From: Alphaproteobacteria bacterium
GTDB taxonomy: Bacteria; Pseudomonadota; Alphaproteobacteria; UBA8317
Assembly: GCA_038131935.1 (NCBI GenBank)
Contig: JAYPQH010000030.1
Span: forward strand, 94,302-158,301
DNA: 64,000 nt
Direction of reading: 5' to 3'
In this document: piece after piece, positions 45,801 through 57,800 of the stretch
Layout of the letters: each line of letters opens with the position of its first letter
How positions within the stretch are numbered: the stretch's first letter is position 1
Notes under the pieces: generated by a model
Databases searched by the model: none
Told to the model about the DNA's origin: nothing
What the model saw: only the letters and a program-made list of their open reading frames with translations
Program-made: the position numbers and the translations under genes

Positions 45801-48800
45801 ATACCTCGCTCTGGGAGTCGTTTGACGGCGGGACCCAGCTAACAAAGGGCGACACGGTTTCTCTGGCGGAGGACCACTCAGCCGGTGGTTTGGCGGGTCT
45901 GACCTACGAATATATCGGTCGCAACTATGACCGCATGGACCTCAGCAACACCGACTTCGGCGACACCAACTCTTGGTCGCTGGTTGTTCCAAAGCTGACC
46001 GTCGGCGTCATCGAGTCTGGCCGCCGTTGGTCGGTAACCGATGCAGACGGCACCGGCTACACGATCAGCGTACAGGAAGGCCGGCTATCGGTTCAGCAAA
46101 ATAGTATTAACTCGACCGCGGTCGCGGCCTCGGCTGCGATAGGCCTGTCTGTCGGCGGTTCGGGTCTGGCACTGAGTGGTGCGGGTGCGGTGGCCACAAA
46201 TAAGATTAGTAGCTCGGTCGACGCCTTAGTGGTGGACGCTGTTGTCGAAACTTCACAAGATCTGTCAGTCCTCGCTCTATCAAACCAGTCTATCGCCAGC
46301 ACGATCGTATCCGCCTCGGCGGCGCTGGCGGCCAGCGCCGGTGGAGCGGGTCTTGGTGCATCGATTGGCGTGTCTATCGCGAGGAACTATATCGGCACCG
46401 ATACCTTCCAGCTGTCTGACCAGGCAGGCTCTGCAACGATCCGAGCGATGATCGTAAATGGTGACATGAATGCGGCTGGGGAGATCTTTGTCGGGGCGTA
46501 TTCGCAGCAAACGATCCACGCCAATGTCGTCGCCGTATCGGCGGCGATCGCCGCCAGTAGCGGATTCGGTGGCGCCGCGAGCGGCTCGGGCTCGGTTGCA
46601 GAGAACGCGATCGCGACCCAGATTCACGCCGGGCTCTCCGGCTCGGTTGGAGCACTCCAGCCACCGAGTGGCTTGATGGTAGACGCAGCCGACGACAGCC
46701 GCATCACGGCAAATGTCTCTGCGGCGTCACTCGCCGCCGCAGTCTCTGGAGGCACCGGGGTCGCCCTCTCTGTTGGGGTCTCTCTCGCCAGGAATATGAT
46801 TGGTACCTCGCTCGAGTCGGTAGTCTCGGACTCGGACCTCGAGGTCGCTGGCGATATTACCATCAGTGCCCGGAGCGAGGCTGTTATCAACGCGAGGGCG
46901 TCCGCGGCCTCGGTCGCCGCCGCTCTTTCGGCAGGGACAGGAATCGGGATCAGCGGGGCGGGCGCCAGCGCGATGAACATCATCGTCGCACGGAGTGTCT
47001 CAGATATCGTAAGGTCCGGGGTAGTCTTGGCCGGTAACTTGGCGGTCGAATCGCTCGCGAAGGGCGTAATCGACGCACGTATTATCTCCGCCTCTTTGGG
47101 CGCCGGCGCCGGTGCTGGGGTCGGGGTCGGTGCGTCCGTCGGGGTCTCTATCGCCAGGAACTACCTCGGTTACAACCCATACAGCGGTGTCCCTGAGGAC
47201 GCTGATTTCGTCTACGGTATCGACCAACCGGCTAGGATCACGGCAGGCCAGACAGTATACCTCCCAAGCGGTTCGGGTACCCGTGCAGGCGAGCTATATC
47301 GCTACATCGGGGAAGAGGAGTTGACCCCGGAAGATAAGGACGACGATGACGTACTCGACGATCTGCTACAGACCCAGGACTACGACGACAAAGACCTGTG
47401 GGAACAGATAGTCGTCGAGCAGGATAACCTGGTCGCTGCCCGGATCCGTTCGACCGACATTGTCGCCGGAGTAGCCAACGATGCCTCAGGGGGCATGGTT
47501 ATGGTCGACGCAACCAATACTCAGATTATTGTGTCTGAGGTGACCTCGGGTTCGGCCGCCGCGTCCGTCGGTGGAAGCGTCGGGGCGGCCCTGAGTGGAG
47601 CCGGCGGATCGTCCACGAACCGGATCGGTACACAGACCATGGCCCTGATCGACGGCGTCGTCGATGATCTGATCGACGCCACCGGTGACGTAAACATCTC
47701 TGCCCTCGATCAGTCCGCCATCGTGACCCAGGTCGAGGCGCTGTCGGTCGCCGCCGCGTTCGGAGGGATCGCGGGCGCGCTTGCCGTTGGGGTGGCACGT
47801 GCGGACAGCCTCATCGGCTCCGAGGTGGTCGCGCAGCTCGACCAAGCGGGTATCGCTGCCGAGGGCAGCATCTCGATAACCTCGGAGGACCAGTCAACCA
47901 TACTGACGGACGCCTCCGCGACCGCGGTCGCTATCGCGGGCGGCAAGATCAGTCTCGCGTTCGCGGGCGGCGGCGCGTCCTCGTTGGCGACCATCGAGAC
48001 CGGAGTATTCGCTGGCTCTACAGGTGGCACCGACCTGGCTCTTCTGGTCGGTCTTGAGGGCGTAGAGATCTCGGCGGTCAGTGCCAGTACGGTCGATAAT
48101 GATGCCGGTGCGGCGGCCGCGAGCTTTGGTTTAATTGGAGCCGCGGCGGCCGGTACGGTCGCAGAGACAACCCTGGCCGGACAGACCACAGCGATGGTCG
48201 ACAAGAGCCGGGTCAGGACAGGCGACAGCGGTAGAATCGCGATACTCGCGGATGGCTCGCAGACGGCGGACAACTATGTCGCGACTTTCTCGGTCTCGTC
48301 CGGTGGGGCTCTCGGGTCGTCGGCCGTCACCTCAAATAACTTCTCGACCGTATTCGCGGCGATCGGTGACCAATCTCAGATACGCGGGGGCGAAGTCCTG
48401 GTCAACGCGGTCGGTAACGACAGCCTATACGCTGACTCTGTGGCCGCTAGCGGTGGCCTCTTCGTGGGTATCGCCGGCGCCGAGGCGGTGATGAATGTAT
48501 TCAGCGATGTCGGGGTCGCCGTCGGTGAGTCTGTCGACATTCAGGCTGGACGCGTCGAGCTTTACTCGAGTAAACGACAGGGATTCGATACCCGGTCATC
48601 TAACGTCGCCGTGGGCGCGGTGTCGGGGACCGGTGCCAGTGTGGTTAACGTCGTGTCCGGGCTGTCCGAGGTGTCGGTGGGTAGTGGTACCACTATCCGT
48701 GCGGGTGACGTGTTTGTCAGGGCGGAGAGCGACGCGGACAAGACCCGGTTCGGCCGTCTCGGTACCAACCTTGAGTCGGGGACAGCTGGTATTGCCTCGT

Positions 48801-51800
48801 TGTCGAAGCTCGCCGCAGAGTCAAGCTTCGGTCTTTACGGCGACGGCTACGGTTCCAATGTCGATATCGGAGACGGTGTCACGATAGAGGTCTCCTCGGA
48901 GTCCGGGCTAGCCGGAGGAGTCCTGCGGATTGAGACCGAGAACATCGCAGAGCTTTACGACAAGTCGGCCGTTGAAGGAGTCTCGGCGGTCGGGATCAGT
49001 CTCGCCGAGGCGTCCCAGACAGGAGCGCTACGCTCGACGATCAGTGTCGGCAGTGGGGCCTCGCTCAGGAACCTGTCCGGTGACGTGACTCTATCGACCC
49101 GGACCGAGCTTGATAACATAGCCAGCGCGACGGTTGAGACCGCGAGTCTTATCGCGGGGGCCAACTCGAAGGCTTACTCGACGTTTGTGTCTGATAACAG
49201 CATCAGACTCGACAATGCCGAGGTAGTTGGACGTGACGTCCTAATCATGAGTGGCCGCGGAATGATGGGCGGTTTCGACAAGATGCTCGGTCACCACGAC
49301 TCACGCGCGATGGCTAATCTGTCTGTGTTCGGTCTCGGTGCCGCGCTGCCGTTGGAGCAGGTATCTCTCACCGAGTTCAACGATATCGTGATCGATGGAT
49401 CCAGTACCGTTAAGGCGGTCCGGAGTATCGATCTTCTTGCTGACTCGAGCCAGAACCAGGCCCGCAAGGACGGCTCACAGGTGGTCTTGCCCGTACCTGT
49501 TGTCGTCGACGTCCTCGGTGATCCGGTCCTGGTCGAGAATCACCGAGTCTTGTTGTCAGACGACGCGGTCATCGAGGCAGGAATCAACTACGCGACATCG
49601 TTCGTTATAGAGCCCTACTACCTCGGTGGCGCGATTAACCTAACCGGAACCGCCGAGGCAGACCGCGAGGCGAGACTCCTTGAGGTCATGACCAGTCCGG
49701 ACGGGGTCGCGCTCTCTGACGCGGAAAAAACCGCCCTAGGTCTCAACATCGACGTCGAGTTCGAGTACCAGGCGCTGGTGCTTGACTCGATAGCGCCCGG
49801 AATCTCCGGGGGCGCGATAGTCGAGCTAGTCGGCAGCGACTACGGGCGCGGCGAGTCCGGCGAGTACTACCGGTTCAACGGTGGGCGGGAGAGCTACGAG
49901 GCCCTGACCTTAGAAACAGAAGACTACACGGACACTCTCCGTTGGACCAAGATCAGCCCCCACATCGATCTGGGCGCAACCACCGAGGGTATAGTCACGA
50001 CCCAGTCCGGCGATCTCCTAAGGGCCCGTGACGGACGCTGGTTTGAGAGGGTCGGTCCGACTGCGGAGGTCGACACCGGGTCCCTGACGCTTGATACCGA
50101 GAACGGATGGGCGGAGCTCGAGTACATGACCTCAGACGCGGGCCGCCGGATGGCCGCGGATATCTCCAACGACTTCTACGTCATCAAACCGGCAGATGTC
50201 GCCATGCCGTCGCTGATCTACGAGAACCTGACCTCCGGTCTGGTCGCCGACAGGCTCGCGGTCCAGGACTGGATCACGAACCACTCCGGTAACACAGAGC
50301 TGGTAGCGCGATACACAGAGCTCCTGACTCAGATCGACCGGCAGCTGGAGAACCTCGGGCTCGCTGAGAGGCAGTTCACCGACTCGGGTGACGAGGTTGT
50401 CGTCATCACCAAGAGCGTGGAACGGTTTGTCCTTGATCTACCCACCATCGAGGCGTCGGCGGGTCTTGTGTTTGTGTCGGCTGATGAGCTGTCTCGGGCC
50501 GAGTTCGAGGCCGTCACCGCGGACGGCAGGGTGGTCGCGCATGGCAGCCCAGAGATACAGATCCTGAACCGGACGCCGATCAGTATGCGGGTGAACGATG
50601 TCGGTATCACCGGAGCCGACAGGGTGATCCCGATCGACGGCGAGCTCAGGACGCTTGCCGCGGGGGCGGCATACTTCAACGGTGACACGGTCGGCGCCGC
50701 CAACTCGGTCAGCTCGGGCCAGATCACTGTGAGACAGGACGGGTATCCGTCCCAGGTCTATGGAGACCAGGGTGCGCTTGGGGCGCTGGTCGGCACCCTA
50801 GACGGTCCGATCGATCTCAACGTTGAGGGCCGTCTTGTCAACGAAGACGGCGCGATCACGGTCGCCAACCTCGACGGCAGCGTTAACGTCACCGGTGAGC
50901 TGAGGGCTTCGACCCTGAACCTGTCTGCGACGGGCGACTTTAACCTCCAGAACGACAACTGGTTCCACACCGGCGGTGACCCGAGGCAGATGCTGGGCGA
51001 TACGCTGGTTGCTGCGCTTCGTGGGGAGGTCTACCGAGCGGATGGGTCCTACTCTGAGACAACCGCGGCCGAGGGCAGCGCTCTCGCTGACCAGGTGGCT
51101 GGGCTGATGGGCTCCGACGCGGTCGGCAGAAAATCGGGCGGCGGCGAGATCGTTACCCTCGGCGCCGTGGACATCAACGCCCGGTTTGTGAACATCAACG
51201 GGTTGATCCAGTCCGGGGTCGACACGTACGAGATCTTCATCGACGAGACGTTTGACCCGACCGAGTCCGGTAACCTGACCGATAGTGAGGGACAACCGCT
51301 GGATGGTGTCAGTTTTGGCCCCACCGGTTACCAGTCGGTCGGCGCGTTCTTCGACAAGGCTAGCGGGCAGATCGTGATCGACGACATCAGCCCGACCGCT
51401 GGGCGGATCAGTATCTCTGGTGCCATTCTCAGCACCGGCGGCGGGGAGCTTCGAGTCGCCAGCGGTTACGCGGACGTTAATCTCGTCAACCGCTCACGGT
51501 TCGGGCTCGCTGTCGGTGAAATCGATAACTCCGAGAACCGTGTCGGTCGTGTAACTCTGCACGATACCCAGACCCTCAAAAGAGAAGAGATCGTGTTTGA
51601 GGATGGGGTCGCCACCCGGACGGTCCAGCAGGGCGTGGTGGACGATTCCCCGATCCTCGGGGTTGAGCCCCAGATCACAGCCGTCAGGACCACGGGTGGA
51701 AGCTCACCCGCCGGGGAAGAGGTCTCGAACCTCCTCGACGGCGATCCAGCGACCAAGTACCTCAACTACGATGGGCCTGGTAGCGGGATCATCCTCGACA

Positions 51801-54800
51801 TGGCGGCCCCGGTCGCGCTGAATTCTGTCACCGTGACCCGTGAGGATCTGTTCGATGCCGACACCGCCGGCTGGGATCCCGCAACCTTCTCGGTCTACGG
51901 TTCCGACGCCATGGCGCCCGGGTCAGATGACCCGTCGTGGGTCAAGATCGGGGAGGGTCAGTGGTCGCTCGACGACCTCCCATCAGCCAGCTCACGGGCG
52001 GAGTTCGACAACGAGACGAGCTACCTGACCTACAAGCTGGTGTTCGATGAGACCAAGCAAGACCTCCGTGGTCTGGATCTGTCGGCCGTCTCAGCTCTCG
52101 CTACCGAGCTGGGCTACCCTGATCTGTCTGAGCCGGAGCTGATTACTCTCGCGGAGTTACTACTGGAGCGTGACAATTACATCCACATCGCTGACCTGTC
52201 TGTTGACGTCGCTCGGAACAACTCGGTGTCCTACACAACAGTCGACGCACTGGCTCTCGAGCAGCCGGCGGACCAGCAATTGACGTTTGAACCCACCGAC
52301 GGCCAGTACTATGTCTGGGTCGAGGGACAGGAATCGACCACCAAGACCATCAAGACCTATGTGACACGCGAGGCGGGTCTGTTCATTAAGTTTGATGCGC
52401 TCGCTCGGGATCGGGTTGAACCAGATCAGGTCGATGGTCCGGTGTTGCTAGACGACGCTCCTCTTCTGGAGTCAGAGTTCATCGCGATCGCCGATGAGCT
52501 CGGTATTGCGGGTGAGCCGGTGTTCAATCTCGAGTTTTATGCAAACACGGTGACGGACGTGATACGGGGTAACCCGGTCGTGATCAAGGACACATGGTTT
52601 GTTACCGAGACCGAGGTCAAAGATACCTACGTCGAGGGCCGGAAAGATTTCTACACCTACGCACTGAGGGCTGATCTGCCGGTCCTGATCGCGACCGACT
52701 ACGTCGCCGACCAGCCGGAGATCAAGATTGAGACACCGGCCGGCCTCAGTCTGAGCGGTGATATTACCCTTGGGATTGCGAACCCCGATGCGGTATTGGC
52801 CCCTGGAGAGGTGTTCAGGCCGATTGCGTTCGACGCGACGGCGATTGAGATCGCCGACGACGTCATGTTTACGGGAGCGGTACCCGACCTCAGCGTCACG
52901 GGTGACGTGGTGATCACGCTGCGCGATATCGATCCGAGGAGCCTGATCAACATACTCGCGACCGGTGACGTCACGATTTTGTCCCCCAAAAATCCTGCGG
53001 TGGACGACCTGACTGGTGGCGGCGCGTTGAGGGTTGGTCAGATCGTGACCGGACAGATAGACGATACCGGTCTACCCACCGGGGGCGACTTCGGGGACGT
53101 GGTAATCGACAGCTATTATGGCATCCAGCAGGCGCCAGGTGGTAACTCACGGATCATCGCCGGCACGGTCGAGTTATACGCTGACCGCGGCAACGTCGAC
53201 GTGACCGTCGATACCGCGGCCGACGGAACCGGGGGGGTCGTTGCACAGGCTTCGGGTAACATATCCATCACCGAGGCCCGTGGTGACCTTCTCTTGATAT
53301 CTCCGGACGGCGACAGTCCGTCGATCTCGACCTCAACGGATGTGTACCTAACGACGCTCGACGGGTCCGTGATTGACGCGATCGAAGAGCGCCCCGCTGG
53401 CCGGGTCAGCAGGGAGCTGGAGGCGGCTCTACTGCCGCACTCGGTCGTCGACGCGGGTACTGTCACGGAGCGGGTCAATGTAAGGGCCCGGAACCTGACC
53501 ATTCAGAGCGACGCGGACGTCGGGACGGTGCTCGGTCTGACAACGATCGAGAGCCCGTTCGGTGGCCGGTCACTGTCCGACACTGAGCTCCAGGTGATGT
53601 CTCTTGCGACCGCTGACGATATCGCTGCGACCCATTACCGTCAGTATGAGTACCTTGGGCCAACGGCGACCTACGACCTCAGTGTTGAGGGAATGTTTGG
53701 TAACTCTGGACTTTGGCGTGCTGTGTCGGCGTCGGCGTCGGATCTCTCAACCGAGGATGGCATGTCTGAGGTGATCACTGGTCAGATCGTCGAGGATAGG
53801 CGCGATCTGGTCAGCGTCACGCTGCGTACACGTGACGCTGTCGATATTGACTTGTCCGGTAGTCTGGCGGTGTCGGCTGCTGGTCACGCCGCGCTGACCT
53901 CTACCGGTTCCCTGTTGGTCGAGACTGGTCAGAAGGCTGTCCAGGGCGTCACGGTCTCCGGAGACCTTTACCTCGGCTCGGGGCAAGACATCACTGTGAA
54001 TACCTCAGAAACATCATCGCACGCGCTGGTGAGCGGCGGCTCGATGTCTTTGCGTGCGGCGGGTGATATCGCCGGTGCGTTTGTAACGGGTGCCTACGAG
54101 GCCCTCACCGTAGGGGCGGCAGGTTCGTTTTACGCGACCGCGGGCGGCGATGCCTACCTCGCGGCGCTCTCTGGCGATCTCACCGTGGGTCGCATAGAGG
54201 CGGCTGGGCTGGTCTCGGTATCCGTGTCAGGCGGACAGATCCTCGACAGCGTCGCTACCGGGGACACGGGTCGGAGCCGTCTGGTGGGCACAGAGCTCTG
54301 GCTCGCATTGAGTGACGCTACCGGATCGGTCGGGTCCTCCGCCAGCCCGCTGGTGATCGATACGGAACGGCTAAGATTAGAGGTATCCCAGGCCGGGATC
54401 GCACAAGACGTGGTGATCGAAAACGGTGGCGACCTGATCCTCGATGCACTGGAAAGCGACAAACTTGGCCTGATCAAGCTCGGGGCATTGGGTGACCTGA
54501 CCTTTGCGGCCGACTCGGTCATGACCACAGGTAACGGGCGCCTGGTCCTCGACGCGTTATCCGGCGACCTGATCCTGTCCGGTGACTTGAACGTAGGACG
54601 CTCGGATCTTGAGCTGAACGCGACCGGCGACTTGGTCCAAAAATCTGGCTCGACGGTCCGATCCTCAGATGGACTCGTGTCGGTTGTCACGGGCTCTGGT
54701 TTTACGCAGGCCGCGGGTGCAGAGATCCTCACCACCGGGCTCGACAGTGAAATCGACCTCGACATTGGTAGCGGTGTGGTGCTGGCCCGGGCTGTCGCCG

Positions 54801-57800
54801 ACACGATCAAAATCAACGCAAGGTCTGGAGACATCTCGTCCACCCTAGGCTCGTCCGGTGTCGTGATCGACGCCGAGGGAACCTTGAGCCTATCGGCTAC
54901 CGGTTCGGTCGGTACCACGGGCCTATCTGGGGGCGCGCTTAACCTGGCCGCGGGCTTGCTCGATATCGACACAGGCTCGGACGTCTCGGTACGTGGCCAC
55001 GGAGACCTGGTGGTCGGCTCGTTTGTGCTCTCCGGCCAGGACGTCTCAGTTTCTGTAACAACCCAAGCATCGGATACAAAGGACGGCGACCTGGGTCTGT
55101 CAGCGGATATCGCTCTTGGCCAGACTGCGGCGGTTTATCTAGGCGCGGCAGGTGACCTTTTTGTGACGTCGTCACGCTCGGTTGATTTGGGGGATGGGGT
55201 CGCCACACTCGACGCGGGCGGCATGATCGTCCTGGGCGACGCCTCCTCCATCACCGCCGCCGATGACCTCTCTCTTGAGGCTGTGGGGACATCACGATGG
55301 GTGCCGGTAGCCTCGTCGAGACCACAGGGGACGTTCTGTCGGTCTCGACAGAGGGAACACTCTTGGTAGAGCGCTTACGTGCCAACACGATCTCTGGGAC
55401 GGTCCTCGTCAGTGCAATCGGGGATGTGTCCGTACGGGCGTTATCTGTCGGTGGGTCACACGTGACTGCTGACCAACTGGTGATCAGCAGTCGCGACGGA
55501 TCAATAGGCTCATCCGTCGGATTAAGTGGGATGATCTACCTGAACGCCGACGTAAACTCTTTGGTAGGGTCCGCCGACACTGGGCTCGCAATTCGTGCGA
55601 CCGGAGACCTCGAGATCACCGCGCAGCCGCCTCTGGGCCATGACATGGTGAGCGCAGGAGGTCTCATTGGCCGTTCTATGTCCGCGGGGTATCTTGGTTT
55701 GTCGACCTCTTCCGGAGACTTGTACCTCGACGTGTTGGGGGCCCTGACGGTTGCATCTAGTTCCGCCAACGGCGACGGGTTCGGGATCCATTCGGCCCGC
55801 GACCTGACCGTCACAATCTCCGGTGACCTCTCGCTGGGCGCCGGTATCGGGGCCGCGGACCGACTGACTGTTAATGTCGGTGGGTCGGTGACCGCGGCCG
55901 GAGGACCGGGGCTCGAGGCCATTATAAAAATCGCGAAGGGCACCACCGAGCTGCCGGCTGCTGACGATATGACCTGGACCATGATGGCCGGGCAGGATCT
56001 CACCCTCGACGTAGACGGCGCCGTGCCCGGTCTGTCGGTCGCGGCAGACACCCTGACCGTCTCGGTAGATCAGGGCGACCTAGCGCTAGCCGTCTCCGGG
56101 TTCTTTGACTATGGCGGGGATGTCGAGCTGACCAGCGTCGTTGCTAGCGACGGTGACGTGGCGGTCATGGCACGTGGGTCGGTGTTAATAGTCGACGTAC
56201 GCGCCAAAAATTTGGGCGAGGTCGGTATTGTTTCGGTGGATGGTGACGCGACCATCTCTAGCCAGTCGTCGGTCGCGTCGGTGGGTACGGTCGCGTTGGC
56301 GGGCCTCGCGGTGCGTGCCGCGGACACGGTCCGTGGGACGTCGGGGATATCGACCGCCAGCGCACGGACGGTCTACTACGGAGGGCCAGCGTCTCCGTCT
56401 GTCGGCCGACGGCGCAACCGACTCGCTCAACCCGGGCGCCTCGGGCTACGCGGGGACGGTCAGCTTCGTCAGCGACGGAGTCATCGAGGTCGACGAGGAC
56501 CTCAGCGCGGCCGGTGTGGTTGTCACCGAGCCGGCGCCTCTTCCGAGCTCACTTTATTACTATAGTAAGTGGGATGCAGCTTACGCTGTCAGGTTTGGTG
56601 GTTCGTCTCCTGACGGCGAGGATGTCACCAATCTGATCGACGGGACAAAGTTCTCGAAGTACCTGAACTTTGGGGGGCGTGATACCGGTGTCTACCTCGA
56701 CTACGGCTCGCCGGTGGTCAAGAACGTCGCCGAGTTCGTCAGCGCGAACGATGCACCCCACCGTGATCCCTATAATTTTAAAATCTACGGGACCAATCAG
56801 CTGGGTAGTCTTTTTGGTTTACCTAATTACGCCACAGCGAGCTGGACCCTACTCGATAGTTCGGTCCGGACCAACCTGCCTACGGCCAGAGAGACGGTCG
56901 CCCCGCTGGCCGAGTTCGAGAACCAGACCGCCTACCGCTACTATAAGGTGGTGTTCACGGGGCTCCGTGGGGGTGGGTCCGATGACTACGTCCAGCTCGC
57001 GGAGCTGACCCTCGCGACCAAGCCGACCCCAACCACGACCATCGACACGAGCTTCAGCTTCGAGCTCGACGCGGGGGTCGGGATCGACTGGCAGACCCAG
57101 CAGACCACGATGGACAACGTCGTCACCACCTCGGACGACCTCGCGGTAACCGTACCCATCTCGGGTGGGGTCTACCAGGGCGACTTGGTGATCGACGACA
57201 GTTGGCTGGCCGCCAACCTACCGGGGGGTGGCTCGGTCGCGGCGACCGGCACGATCTTCCTCGACCAGGTTGACCCATCGTCGTATGTAACATTGGACGT
57301 TACCGCAGCTGGCCTGATCGGTGACGCCCAGAACCTCACGCTGACCGGCTCAATCACAGGCGATGTCAGCCTGTCGTCCTCGGGGTCTTTCGGGATCGGC
57401 GACCTGACAGCGGGCGGTAACCTCAGAGCCGACGCCCAGCTAGGGCTGTCGGTCCGTGGCGAGATCGACGTCTCCGGATGGTCACACCTTGCTACCGGCG
57501 GAGATTTATCGTTCGAAAACGGTGCCGTCGTCGCTACCTCGTCGCTGTCGCTTGACGTTACGGGAGACGTTGCGACCACCGCCAACGCCGGTACCGTGGA
57601 CCTGGGGGACACCGGTGCGATCTCCGGACACGTGGGCGGCGATGCGTATCTGCAGGAACGTTCGGGAGACCTCCGTCTTGGTCGGTTGTCGGCCACCGGT
57701 GACATGGCAATCACCTCAGCTACAGGCGACCTGGTCGGGCTACAGACGGGCCCCGGGGCCACACTCCGGTCCGGTGGTACCCTGACGCTGGCAACCCCCA

